DNA from: Mytilus californianus | Taxonomy: Eukaryota | Length of the DNA: 64,000 nucleotides | Reading direction: 5' to 3' | NCBI RefSeq assembly: GCF_021869535.1 | Contig: NW_026262701.1 | Location: 22,010,001-22,074,000 of the forward strand | Shown here: positions 39,901 to 53,050 of the stretch, piece after piece | How the letters are laid out: each line of letters starts with the position of its first letter | Position numbering within the stretch: position 1 is the stretch's first letter | Made by a program: the position numbers and the translations under genes | The notes under the pieces: model-generated | What the model saw: the letters and a program-made list of their open reading frames with translations, nothing else | Database searches by the model: none | Told to the model about the DNA's origin: nothing

Positions 39901-40619
39901 TTAAACAGTTTTCTGAAAAGTCTAATAGACATTACTTAGATTTGTTAAATGAGACGTGAAAGTGAGGTTTCTCAGATGGAAACATTTATGTCGTTGTTTT
40001 TTTTTTTTTATAATTTGTTCGAACGTAGTGTTTTGATATTAGTTTGAATAAAGCTAAACTGTTAAGAAATAGACAATGTTTTGAAAGTAAACATGGGTTA
40101 TGAGACTTTTGGGGTAATCTTTTTATAACTTGAACAGTAACCTTCAATCATATTTTAAAAGTGTAATTTAGTAAAAATCTGATCTCACTACAAAGATTTA
40201 ATTGCAACACTAACAGTCTAGTAACAGTAACACCATTATGTATCAAGTTTGGCAATATTATTTATTTTCTCGATTATGACAAATATCATTGATTCATTAA
40301 ATTCGTAGAAATAATAAAGTAGTTGTATTTTCTATTGATAGAGAGCCTTTATGTGACACCATCAAAAGAGCTATTAACAAGTACCTAAAAAGAGATGATT
40401 TGCCCTGCTACAGTATCCATGGGTAGGTGTAGTTTACATTAAATTGAGCTTAGGGGTTCTGTTTGGATCTTCAAAATACCATTATTCAAATATTGCTACT
40501 CTTGAGGAATTTAATATCGATCACAAAATACATCATTATTTTTTCATATACAGGCAATAAAAATCTGTATAAGCCGGAGATCAGAAATTAAAGTTAATGA
40601 AACACTTTAGATGTAAGCA

Positions 40620-40669
<50 letters not shown>

Positions 40670-43600
40670 AGCTAATGATATTTCATTTTTTTTCATATCG
40701 TTTTTTTTTCATCGTCATGTATTGACATTGAACAGTTCTGTCTTATCTTTCGTGTCTTTATAAGTGCATACCGTACATACCACCCATTGTAATAGATACA
40801 TAATAAATACATAATTGCCTTTCCAAATTTTTAGTTTTGAGTGTTCCTCCTGAAGGTAAATTCAGAAATTAGCATTGAATGAATCAATTCTGTACTTTGC
40901 TATTGATTTTAGTAACATCTTCTGAAAATACCAGGACGAATCAGTGTCCTTGTGTATTTTTTACACGTCAATATAGCATTTGGTGTCTCTTTTTAGAATC
41001 ATCAAAGAAGAATGCAGAGGGAATTCGGTTCAAACATTGGTTGAACCACCACTCATTTTGCCAATTAATCTGTTCTTCTTGAAACATGGTAAAAAGAAAC
41101 ATTCAAGCGCTGAAATTCCTGAAATAGTGGAGTCCAATGAACATAGGTTACTTATCTATAATTCGTATAAAGTAGAAGATTGATGAAACAATTATAATTG
41201 AGTGAATGAACTAAAAAAATCAAAGAATACCGCTCAAACCGGTGCTAGGGGCCGTCTTTAACTTGCAGTGAGGTGAGAGTTGTTTTGCTCTGTGTTGAAA
41301 GCTTCACTGTGACTTTGAGATGAAGAACAGCAATAAAAGTGCTGTTCCTTTGCTTTTTGTGTTTTTCGCTGTGCACATACTGATTTTGTGTCATGGATGT
41401 ATACCCCATATCCTTTCTTTTCCATTAAATAAATAAGAAACTTGGGGGAAAATATTAAGCACATTAGATAATTCAAACGTTAAACAAACTGTCGATGTCA
41501 CAATGCGTATGTTGAGTTTTGAAAATCTTTAAAATTACCTTAAACATGTTGCAAATTTCCCAATGATTCATTTCACTGAAGAGGTCAAAATTAGAAAGTT
41601 GATGAAATCTAGAATTTCGGGAATTTAAATAATTATAATTTAAATTATACATTTCGACAATTTCACATATAAATTAAAATTTTATTCATCGCTTTCGTTT
41701 TCATTTTTATCGAAATTCTACACGTTTTAAATATATATATATCATACCGTTTTCAGTGCCCACGACACGTGTTTCTCGTGTTTCTGAAATTACCTACTAA
41801 TACACCAGGTATACGTGAGCACAATAATTTTAAAAGAAATAAACGTTTCATAGCACGAAATCCTAAAGGGTCTCCGAAACAGAACAAAAAATCTGTTCAG
41901 GTAAGAACTACCTAAGAAAATTTCAACATTAATTTCACAAAATTTATAAACTGAAAATTTAAAAAACGAATGGCCACTGTAGATTAAAATATTTTGTTGT
42001 AGGAAGGGATAAATAATAGTTTGTGAAAAAAAATCCTCTGAAAGTGACACTAAATGTTATCAAGATGCTCTATTGTTTCATGACATTATATTTGTAACGT
42101 TTGGAGGACGTGTTTTTCAACAGAAAATCGGCATTCCTATGAGAACCAACTTTGTTTGTATTGTTGACTTGTTCCTTTATTCATATGAAACATTGTTCCT
42201 TTATTCATATGAAACATAGTTCATATATGAGCTTCTCAGAACGAATAAATAGAAGCTAGCATTATCCTCCAACTCCACGTTCCGCTATATAGATGATATC
42301 ATCTCACTAAATAATGTTGTACGTATCTATCCCATCGAATTTGAAATAATAAAGGATACCACAGGTAAAGTTAGTTCTGCCTCATATCTTGAATTACATC
42401 TAGAATTTGACAATGAGGATCGGTTGAGAACAAAACTTTACGACAAAAGTGATGATTTCAGTCCCTACTATGAACTTTTCATTTCTATGTAGCAACACTC
42501 CAGCAGCGCCTGCATTTTAAGTATATATCGGATGCCGCCATGTGTTGGTTGACTGTTATGGAATATCTGTGTCACATATGGCTGTGGATGTGTTTCAATT
42601 GTCGCTGCTACAATCAAGTCCTCTTTTCCTTGATTGTGACATAATCAATGAATAAGTCTTATCGCCAAATTTTTACACTCCCTTGTTCGCCTCTCAAAGA
42701 TAAAATGTATCATTTAAATCATACCACTATCAAAACATTGGCTAATGGGTGCATCGTAATGTTGGGACTGACAGTCCAACGTCAGCAGTAGTATTAAACG
42801 ACACGTGTTTCTAGTACCACATTTTGATTAGTGCAGCTTTGTTTCATAAAACAGAATGACAAACGCAGATACACATTTATTGTTTGTTTTTTTTTTTGGC
42901 ATCATCTATATAGCAGAAAGTGAAGTTATGGATAACGCTATATTCTTTTTATTCTTCCTAAGAAACTTGTGTATTGAGTCAGCCTCATATGAATAAAGGA
43001 ACATGTCGTCAAGAAGATGAGCACAGTTGGTTTCCATGGGAATGTCGATTGTTTGTTGAAAAACACGTTACAAATATGCTGTCAATCAAGAAATCAAACA
43101 TCGTGATAATGTCGATTTCAAGAAATGTTTTGTATGAATCAAAGTGATTGTTTACAAAGTACGATTTATCCCACGATAAATTAAGATACTTTTGTCTATT
43201 TACTTTTATAAATTGTAACTTGGATGGAGAGTTGTCTCATTGGCACTCATACCACATCTTCCTATATCTATGTTGACCATTTCTTTTTATGAAACAAAGC
43301 TGGTCCAATTCTTTCAATTTATCTTTTAGGTTGGAATTAGGAATACTTGTGTAAAGGATTAGGATATATTTTAATTTGTACCAAGTCAGGAATATGACAG
43401 TTGTTGTCCATGCGTTTGATGTGTTTGTGGTTTTGATTTTGCCATTTGATTAGGGACTTTCCGTTTTGGATTTTCCTCGGAGTTCAGTATTTTTGTGATT
43501 TAACTTTTTAACGGATGACCATGTACATGTTGCACTTATCGTAACTGTAGTTCCACCCTCTTTTCCTTGGTTGTGACATTACCGGATGAACTTATCACCG

Positions 43601-44123
43601 TATTTTACTTGAAATGCGTAACACGACTGTTGTCACTACGGGAGCAGGAACTGATTACCCTTCCAATTGAGTTCATTCCCGGTTTTTGGTGGGGTTCGTG
43701 TTGCTCAATCTTTAGTTTGTTGTATACTGTTTAGTTATAGTTGTTTGTCTTTCCGTCGCTTATTTTTATGTAACCTTTTAAAACATCCTTGGTATTTTCT
43801 CTTTCTTTTCAGGTATTTATATTTCAAGAAATACAAAACATGTTGTAAACTAATTTAGGAAACACAGTTTTTAGTGAAAATTCTAGTATTTGCATTAGCA
43901 GAAAGAATATATTTTTTTTTTCTATTTCCGGTAATTCTTTTTTTTTTATAGGTATGAGCTTTACTTGGTCCGTTTCTTCATGGATGGAATAAATCATTTT
44001 GTTGACAAGATAAAGATTCATGGAACATGGACATTTTATGATGATTGTCGAGAAAAACTGTATCATTTTGATGTGGAACCTGAATCAGTTCAATTGTCCA
44101 GTTGCTATTTTGTAAAAGTATAG
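33983..44123 (+). CDS. Six-exon gene, about 1182 aa: long novel N-terminal region (acidic, coiled/basic, 74-aa repeats, K/R/S-rich) plus a C-terminal C14orf28-like USP-type cysteine protease domain
   Basis: Exons 33983-36668 (acceptor at 33951, donor A|gtaagc), 37078-37265, 37419-37690, 40342-40422, 40997-41146, 43952-44123 (TAG). All phases match (1,0,2,2,2) with no internal stop. Motifs: LKNTCCVDGFLLMIYVLLEEN (Cys box; resembles recalled C14orf28 [21 protein letters not shown]), IIDIIGTENE, CRGNSVQTLVEPPLILPIN, NHFVDKIKIHGTWTFYDD (His box), LSSCYFVKV*. Confidence 0.82.
35126..35770 (+). repeat. Coding tandem repeat: 222 bp (74 aa) x about 2.9 inside the giant exon
   Basis: Units start at 35126, 35348, 35570 (LTWNVIQ / LMCHVIQ / LTWNVIQ); the third unit has an in-frame 5-aa deletion. 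Confidence 0.92.
39560..39730 (+). mobile_element. Retrozyme/PLE pseudo-LTR fragment with a mutated type I hammerhead (39653-39694)
   Basis: gcgttc-CAGATGA-aggtaaatcca-GAAA-cgcgcTTC-ggtcgc. Confidence 0.6.
40622..40667. repeat. (GA)n microsatellite
   Basis: Direct reading. Confidence 0.95.
42030..42535 (+). mobile_element. Degenerate Penelope-like RT fragment with stops and frameshifts
   Basis: tttggaggacgtgtttttcaacag, ttccgctatatagatgat, gcctcatatcttga, aaaactttacgacaaaag shared with the 17 kb copy. Confidence 0.85.
42895..43190 (-). mobile_element. Degenerate Penelope-like RT fragment, inverted relative to 42030-42535
   Basis: Minus strand reads like the YFVK..IIxMFDFLID..IPM.TNCAxLL..FCYIDD region. 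Confidence 0.75.
43535..43790 (+). mobile_element. Penelope-like 3' UTR fragment
   Basis: ggagcagga...ttacccttcc...tttttggtggggttcgtgttgct matches 17900-17970. Confidence 0.7.
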
Positions 44124-44356
44124 GATGGCATATGCATTGTAACTAATTTAAGATGTAGATACCATATAATTGAACTTTGAGATTTTTGAGTTATACAAGC
44201 GTGGTTCTGTTTTTAATGTGTATTACGTTCAAGATTGTTTTCGGAAAATCAGCATGCATTGATAAAATTCATTTTACATCTTACTGATGAAGGAAATCTG
44301 TTATTTGAAATATATATTTATGCTTGTATTTACTTTTTACTTTTATATACATATGT

Positions 44357-45319
44357 TGTGTACAAGTTATCATTTTGTACAAATTATAATTTGTATTTTA
44401 ACTTTGTACAAATTGTTGTTCGTCCAAACATTGCTTGTACAAATTACAATTTGTACAAAATTTGACTAGAATTCACTTATAACTTGTACAAAAATTTATA
44501 ACATTGACTTTGTTATTAAAAAAGTCATTTAGACACACTATAGATTTTCTATTTTAATGACCACACAGTAAACCTTATTTACAAAATACAAAAATAGTTC
44601 TGTACCATTTGTTTGAGCATGCGAGAGAATTATGGGATCGGGAATTACACAACATCTTTTGCTTTTTTACATTTAAACAAGGAATTATTTGAATCTGAAA
44701 TAATTTTGAATTCTGGGAAATTGATAAGAAATGTATTCTGAAAACTAACCCAACTTTAGCGCAGGGTTAAGGTTCAAGTTACTTTCATTGATATTTCAGT
44801 AGGAACTAACTAATCCCATTTATCCATGCATGCATGGCTAACCCTCCTTAATTGGGTTAGTTTTTATCATACATTTTCCAGAATTCAAAATTATTCCTAC
44901 ATCTGTTCTACATCTGTTCTAATGCGGTACCAACAATCCTTGGTGAATACATGATTGTGCTTTCATGTACTATTCTCTGCTAGGTCCAGAATTTCTTGGA
45001 CAAATTTATCCTGCTGATCAACAATGCTGGCCATGTTTACACTATATCACAACTTGTTATAACAAATGACCCCAAAATAATAAACAGTCCAAAAGTGTTC
45101 AAGAAGAGTTGAATGCAAGGCAATTAAAATGTATTACTGTTAAAAATATATTGAAGGCCATCCTTTTTATCATGTTAAATTATCATAAATCCTTTGTCAT
45201 GTTTGTACAAGTTATAAGTGAATTTTAGTCAAATTTTACAAGCATTTTTTGGACAAATCATAAGTTGTACAAAGTTAACATACACATTACAATTTGTACA
45301 AAATGATAACTTGTACACA
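44357..45319. mobile_element. Fold-back element with about 140-bp TTGTACAA-rich inverted arms
   Basis: tgtgtacaagttatcattttgtacaaat... / ...atttgtacaaaatgataacttgtacaca; no exact TSD found. Confidence 0.7.
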
Positions 45320-46039
45320 ATTGTACAAAATTGTATAATTTTTTTTATCTAGACTGCCGTTTGTCCTTTCGTCGTTTCGGGTTTTTTTCCCCTGATTTTG
45401 TCAGTCTTTCTTCCCTTTGGTATCCTCTGCTTCTTTTTTTTATCAAGAACTCATATCGATTTTTATTACTTTTTTTCGCTTAAAATAATTTATACTGAAA
45501 CATGCTCTAAATAATTTTGACATTGAATAGATAATACTATTTATAAGGAACATATTTAATTAAATAGTGCTATGAAAGGTTGTAAAAATGAAATTCGTCT
45601 ATAATTCATTCATGGTTTGGATACATGAGTGCAGTTATGTTTGGAATCTTTCTGCTCAGATAAGGTTATAAAGCCCCTGTGAAAAAATTTTGAACTGGAG
45701 ATAATGAAATAGATACATTAATAATGATTAAGAAGAGAATTTGTACGAAAATTGTGAACCGGACTTAAAACTCTTAAATCCTTATGTTTTGTGAATCTAA
45801 ATATTCGTATGAAACTATTTCAGTTACTTTATGCAGACGATACTGTTATTTTTACACATTCGCAAAAGATTCTTTAAAAAGCATTAAAAGTGTTTTGAAA
45901 TTATTGTAATTTATGAAAACTTAAATGTATCGGAAAACAAAAAAGTGGTGTTCCTAGAAGTAAAAGTGTACTGTAGACTATGATTTAGAAAAGATGTCAA
46001 CAGGATGATTATAGCTATCTACGTACTTTGTTTGACTTA

Positions 46040-47588
46040 TAGTCCGTTTGACTTCTATAAATCTTCAGAAAATAATTCTTAAAAATTCATTTTTACAAAT
46101 AAAATTTTTTTTCTTGATGTATGTTAATGTATAATATATACGAACTCTGACTATGAATATCATAATTTTAGGCCAATAATCAAAAAAGTTACCCATTAGG
46201 TCTCTATGTTACGTCTATTTTTTTCTATATAAAATACTTGATGGAGTAAGTATGAATAGTGTAACAGCCTTCCATTCAAAACAAAAACATTAGACATGTG
46301 TTTTAAACCTGTTTCATTGTACCATGTGACTTAACTCATTTAAATATCAAAGGACATTATAAATGCCATGAAAAATGACCATCATCTAAGTTTTTTTATA
46401 ACTGGTTTTATATGATTTTATAAATGAACTTCCATGTATCTACAAAGATGTTATTTGTGGGAAAAAATATTGTAATCAGATGTTTCATTTTGTTTTTATT
46501 CCTTACCAAATCTTAATTTTTGTTACCTTAATTTGATTATATATTTATATATATCTTATAAAAGAATATAAGCAAGCTTTTCATGCTTAAAGCATGATGA
46601 CAGTATTAACAAAATGGAGAGCCTCTAAAAAGTTTCACCAATAGGTATTTACAGAATACATTTAATATTTACTTTTTTCTTGAAAAAACACAGCTTATGA
46701 CTTTCAAAATATGAAAATAAAATTAGATAAAATATAACCATAAAGACCATTACTGATGAAAAGGGGAACTTTTTAATAAAATTTCTAAACTGAATTTTGC
46801 ATAAAACTACTTTGTAGTTTTTAAAAACGTTATACTAGTAATGTCCAGTGGAAAAGATTACTAAGGTTACTCATAGAAATTGAACAATGAAAAATACAAA
46901 ATAATGTATACAATAAGTTCAGTAATCACATGACATAAAACTTAAATGAAGTCCAAGTTTGTTTGCTGGTCAGCGTTATTTAAATGAGGAAAGTCACATG
47001 GTATAATGAAACAGGTTTAAAGCACATGTCTTATGTTTTTGTTTTGAATGGAAAGCTGTTACACTATTCATGCCTACTCCATCAATAAAATTGAAATTGA
47101 GAATGGAAATGGGAAATGTGTCAAAGAGACAACAACCCGACCATAGAGCAGACAACAACCGAAGGCCACCAATGGGTCTTCAATGCAGCGAGGAACTCCC
47201 GCACCCGGAGGCGTCCTTCAGCTGGCCCCTAAACAAATATGTATACTAGTTCAGTGATAATGGACGTCATACTAAACTCCAAATTATACACAAGAAACTA
47301 AAATTAAAAATGATACAAGACTAACAAAGGCAAGAGGCTCCTGACTTGGGACAGGCGCAAAAATGCGGCGGGGTTAAACATGTTTTTTTTAGATCTCAAC
47401 CCTCCCCCCATACCTCTAGCCAATGTAAGTATTTTATATGAAAAAAAATAGAAGTAACATAGAGACCTAATGGGTTACTTTTTGATTATTGGCCTAAAAT
47501 TATGATATTCATAGTCAGAGTTCGTATATATCATACATTAACATACATCAAGAAAAAAAAATTTTATTTGTAAAAGTCAAACGGACTA
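46040..47588. mobile_element. TA-flanked fold-back transposon with about 270-300 bp TIRs; right arm interrupted by a SINE-like insertion
   Basis: Termini tagtccgtttgac / gtcaaacggacta with TA on both sides; left arm 46040-46347 matches 46976-47085 plus 47429-47588 in reverse complement. Confidence 0.8.
47086..47428 (+). mobile_element. SINE-like repeat (aaattgagaatggaaatggg family) nested in the fold-back arm
   Basis: Same 5' sequence as 62527-62635; the host arm resumes exactly at 47429. Confidence 0.8.
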
Positions 47589-48378
47589 TAACTACAATGG
47601 TAATTATTATAAAGCAAGACTGTCAATGTAAATTTAAATAATGTGAGTTACAATATCATGTAATTGTATACATAAGAGAGTGTTTAATTTCTAAGGGCTT
47701 TACTAAGCAGTTTCTTTTTAGAATGTAGACCGTGTGAAATCATAGTTTGAAAGAAGTCTTCTAACATTAGATTCAACATTCGTATTTGATCTCTATGTTT
47801 TTTAATTTCATTTTTTATTATTTAATGATAATCACCATTGTTTTTATTTAATTTTTCTCAGAAACAAACTTAAAAATTATTAATTTAACTCTTAGTTTTA
47901 AGGAAGAAATGTCACATATCATTCGTTTTTTCATATGTTTTTGGTTTAAAGTAGAAAAAATATGATTATGATAATATTATTCTACTGAAAGAGTGTTAAT
48001 TTGACGTGTTTGTTAAATTTTTGTTTTTAATGATAGTTTAACTCTTATCTGTTAAAGTCATTAAGTCTTGCTTTTTTTCATAGTTAATCAAGTTGGTGTA
48101 TAATATATCAGATTTTTATGGCGTTTATAGACTTATACCATGTGTTAGTTTTAGATTTATGTTCCTTTAAGAGGTTGGTGCATATTTGGTGTCAATTTAT
48201 GTCAAATAAACAAGAAGGGATGTAAGTTACACTCTTGGTGCATAGTTGGTGGCAATGGGTTAATAAGGTCACTTTGTTTTAGTTATGAAAAAAAGACGAG
48301 AAGGGAACGATACGATATGCTACGAACGATACTATGAAATGAAATTTTGAGAGATAGTAATTCAGCTATGTGATGCTG

Positions 48379-49469
48379 TTTTAAGCTCACCGGGCCCACA
48401 GGGCCAAGTGAGGTTTTCTCATCACTTGGCGTCGTCCGTCGTCGTCTGTTAACTTTTACAAAAATCTTCTCTTAAACTACTGGGCCAAATTTTCCCAAAC
48501 TTGGCCACAATCATCACTGGGGTATTTAGTTTAAAAAATTAGTCCGATGAGATGATACCGCTTGCCAACTTAGATGGCCGACATGGCTAAAAATAGAACA
48601 TAGGGGTAAAATGCAAGTTTTGTCTATTATTTTGAAAACCGTTATAAATAAGGAAAATATGACAAACACAGAAATGTTCAAAATGTTGAGCTCTACCAAT
48701 TGTCCATTTACGTCAAAACTGTCAGACGACATCTTATAGGAGTCATTGCCCTTAAATGACAAATTTTACCTTTTCTATTTTATTTTTGCCTTCTTGAAAA
48801 CTATAGTAGACAGACATAAACTTTAAATCGCAAAAATGATCAGCAAGACAAGTTCTACAAATAAATCAGCATGGTCAAAATCTTCAGTCGACTCCTTATT
48901 AGAGTTATTCCCCTTTTGATGACCATTTTTACCATTTTTTTGTGTTTTTGCCTTATATCTTAAAAATTTTAATAGATAGATAGAAACTGAAATAAGCAAA
49001 AATGATCAGCAAGACAAGATCTACAATTAAGAAAAATGGAGGAAATCGTCCGAAGACTCCTTATTGGAGTTATTGCCTTTTAATGACGATTTTTACAAAA
49101 TTTTTTTTGCGTTTTGCCGTATATAATAAAAATTATAATAGATACATAGGCACTTTAAATCACAAAAATTATCAGCAAGGCACGATCTACTAACAAGTCA
49201 GATTTTGCCGATATAGTTAGTAGACTGTCACTCTTTATAGGAGTGATTGCCCTTAAATGAGTATTTTTGTTTACCCTCTTTTGTGTTTTGAGCAAAAACT
49301 GAAGAAGATAGAGAGAAACTATACAGACTAAATGATCAGCAATACAAGATCAACAAAACAGAGATTTTTGTCATGAATTCTATTCTCGTCTACACTGTTG
49401 GAGAGTGTCCTTTGTTGAATATGCACATAGACTAAGGTGAACGACACAGGCTCTTTAGAGCCTCTAGTT
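48379..49469 (-). mobile_element. HINE-like element
   Basis: T-run plus agctcacc with hairpin ggccc-aca-gggcc; (GTC)n microsatellite; far-end ggtgaacga plus hairpin aggctct-tt-agagcct. Confidence 0.75.
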
Positions 49470-51229
49470 GTTGTTTTTTCATGACTTGCGTAACTGGAAG
49501 TGCATGATTGCGAATTACAGAAAGAATGTATGTTTGTTAATATGTCGTAACTGGAGGTTACTGGGAATAATTTTGTGTTCGATTCATAACTGGAAGTCTA
49601 TGTTTCTGGATTATGTTGACGACATGATTAGTGGTAACTGAGAGTTAATGTGAATTATTGGTCTAAGTGCCGTGCTATGAAACTTACATTTGTAACATCT
49701 CAACTTACTGTAAACTTTTGTAGTACATGCTTGTATATTTGCTTGAATATAATACTCATAATAAACATTATTTTAGAAATCTGACTTTTTCATACTTTGC
49801 AAGTAATAAGATATAATAAAAAAGGCATCACTTCGTCCATTGAAATACATAATATGTATTGAATAAATACCGAACTCCTATGTAAATTAAAAAAGGGGGA
49901 GTCCATGAAACCCAAGAAAACCAAACGCTCGGCTATATCAAGCAACGGAACGACTGGAAAATGACCGTCATATTCCTGACTTGATACAGGCATTTTCAGA
50001 CGAAAATTATGGGCTAAACCTGGTTTTAAAGCTAACCTCACACTTGCATGACAGTTGTCTATAGCTCCGTTATAACGCCAAATTGTGGGAACAACCAAAT
50101 CAGACAATAATTGGGATCCTGCAGTCAAAATTGTGTAAAAAACATCATAAATATACAACACAACAGACATAAAAAAAACCGTACGTCAATTAAATATAAT
50201 AAAGACAACAAAAATCCACCCTGGCCAAAAATAATCATGCTCGATCGCCATGGCTCCACTACTCACTCCGATATATTACTGTAATTGATTGATTGTTGTT
50301 TGCTTATCATTCAATATGTTACACATATTTAGGGCGAGAAAAACAAAATTGCAATAAAACCAATATGAAAGTTTTGTAAAGTTGGTCGTGAGGACTTATG
50401 GCTCGTTATTTGGACTGCCACTGAAAAAGGAAGATATGTGTATGTTAAGTAGCGGCATTAATTTTGCCTTGTAACAGAACACTAACAGACACTTCAAAGA
50501 GATTTGTAACGTGTAGAAAGTTATACTCTACCTATAAGAGGCATCAGACTAAAAGTCCAAATCCTGACAGGACTTAGATTCGTATTTATACAACTCGTAC
50601 AACAGAACAAAAATCCCTCTTTAGCAAAGGTTTACTCACTGCAGAACGGGAGAAGTCCGGGTGACCATAATTATTTCAATATCTCAGCCTTCTCTTGGGG
50701 TTCTAATTTTGGAGAATTAGATTGAAGGAAAAAAGAAATATAATAAAACCAATTGCACGTCATTCGATAAAACTTTTCATACAATAAACAAGAAAAATCA
50801 ATTGTTGTAGCCATAAGATATATAATATGCAGAAATAGACTTTGCATAATGTGTGAAAGTCACAACAATTAACTTCGAAAAATTAATAAAAAATGTGCAT
50901 TGCATTAACTTATCTCCTGAATCACCTACGTTTGTTTACATTGTTTCCAATGTGTTATGTAAAATTTAATCCAATAAGCAATTAATTACCCATCCATTGT
51001 TTGCAATAATTTGATAAGTTATTTGGATTCTTTGACAACTAAATGTGAGGTATAAATCATACGTTCGCGAAAAATAAGTTCGGTTTTCTTCAGGATTTAC
51101 AACCGTTGAGTGTGTAATGTATTTTCGAATCGATTGCAAGAAAATGCTCGTTTAACATTAAATTAAAATTTAATAACTCTTTTTGATAACAAGCGATATA
51201 TCCAATTCTCAATTGTTATGAAACCCGGC

Positions 51230-51560
51230 TGTAATTAAAAGTAACGCGTTTTTCTGGAATTAACTTCATCAGTAACCCTCAAATCTAAACATATGAGAGC
51301 CAGAAATGTATAAATACGTAGAAACGTACGGAGCTTTATCATCAAAAGGGGCCTAAAAAGATAGCTAAATTCACCCAAGATCAACTTTGCGCAAGGGAGC
51401 TGAAACCTTGGTTTCTTGACCATTTCTTATTTTATCGGAACTTTCAGAAAAGTAAGTTATAAATCATGTCCGTACCGAAGCACTGACTATTGAGCTGATG
51501 ATACTCTCAGGGACTATTAGTCAAACAGCAGAGGTATCAACCCAGTGCTAGTAAATGAAA
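51230..51560 (-). mobile_element. Degenerate retrozyme/pseudo-LTR repeat
   Basis: Reverse complement of the 55190-55290 type; decayed CTGATGA...GAAA core at about 51250-51285. Confidence 0.55.
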
Positions 51561-52519
51561 GTAACATTTGATAAACTTAATTTACAAAGAATTAAAAAGC
51601 TAGACTTTAAAAAAAATTAAACTATCATGAAAACATGAAACCGAAATTTTACTGTAAAACGTATGACACATACGGTTTCATCATGCATTTATTACTTACC
51701 GAACTTTTCGTCCCTATTTGACAATTTATCTCAAACGTTATAAGTATTATTTCGATGGAGAACGTACAGTTTAGTCACTAACACCTGTAAATGTCGTTCA
51801 ACTGGTCATTGTTTATTATTGATCAAACATTTGTAGTTCCTCTTGTGTTAAAATCTATAAGATTATTTCCCTCAAATTAAAAAAAAAACACATTTTCATT
51901 TCCTGTAAGGTTTTTACTGAACAGGAATTATTTTTATAAGCTTTAGATTTAAACGAATTGCTATAACAGATTTTTGCTCAATAGAATTAAAACTTAAATA
52001 GCTGTTATTGGCGCCATGCTAACCGAAATCGGCGAGTAATATCAAGAACTCCGAATGAGAATCCATTAGCTAGTTCAAATTCGACGGGTCAACGTCGGTT
52101 ATCTGTCAATTTCGAAAATGAACATAAAGCACTAAGGAAAATATGTCTCCGATAATTATGTTTATCGCTCACTTATGGCGGACAGATAACGATCAACTAC
52201 TAATAATTCTTCGGGATACAAAGATACTGCATCGGTCGGTATTTTGTTTATAACATAAACTTAAAGTAAGTGTACTGTACTAGTTTTATAGTTGAATTTT
52301 AATATTTCCGTTTCAAATGACCAATAATAAGTTCTATTTGTCTTGTACTTCTTCCCTGTTCATGACAATATCGAATGTTTTATAATGGGTTCTTATTGCT
52401 CAGTTAAAAGTTTTTTTGTGGAGTTTTTTGTTACAATATTTTGTCTCTCAATGAAGTTTATATTCCATGTTATTATCTTTTCTTTTCTTTAATGACATAT
52501 GATTTTCATTATAAAAATA

Positions 52520-53050
52520 ATGAGATGTGGTATGGGTTCATATGAGACAACTATTCGCCAGAGTTCAAATGAAACTGATGTAAGCAATTATAGGCTACCA
52601 TACGACCGTCAACAATGAGAAAATCCCATACCGTACAATCGGCTATAAAAGGCCCTACATGAAAAATATGAAACAGTTCAATTGAGAAAACTAACGGCCA
52701 AATTTATAACAAAATAATTTACGAAAAACAAATATAACAGACATGAACCAACGAAAACCACTGAACTACAGGCTCCTGACTTGGGACGGGGTTAGACATG
52801 TTTGCTGGCGCCAACCCTCCCCTAACCTTGGACAGTGGTGTAACAGTACAATATAAGAGCAAACAATAAAAATCAGTTGGATTTAAGGGCTTAACTAGTC
52901 AGATCGATACAATACACAAAAATATCTAACAAAAACACAGACCGGACGTGGCAGGGTATTTATACATCCCTCACAACAAAAAATGACACACGATACAGAT
53001 CTGAGAGTAATCGCTGTCAAAGCCAATAACAACTAATAAAAAAATAATGT
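52520..53050 (+). mobile_element. Composite interspersed repeat (gagatgtggtatg...gagacaact family with extended 3' part)
   Basis: Shares blocks with 55412-55621, 47330-47410 and, inverted, 24880-25090. Confidence 0.65.

Noticed and set aside
43813-43858. Alternative last exon after tttcag (RYLYFKKYKTCCKLI*)
   Set aside because: It stops early and lacks the His box. Acceptor 43951 gives the complete domain.
44283-44312. CTGATGA...GAAA hammerhead-like motif
   Set aside because: Stems I and III could not be paired convincingly.
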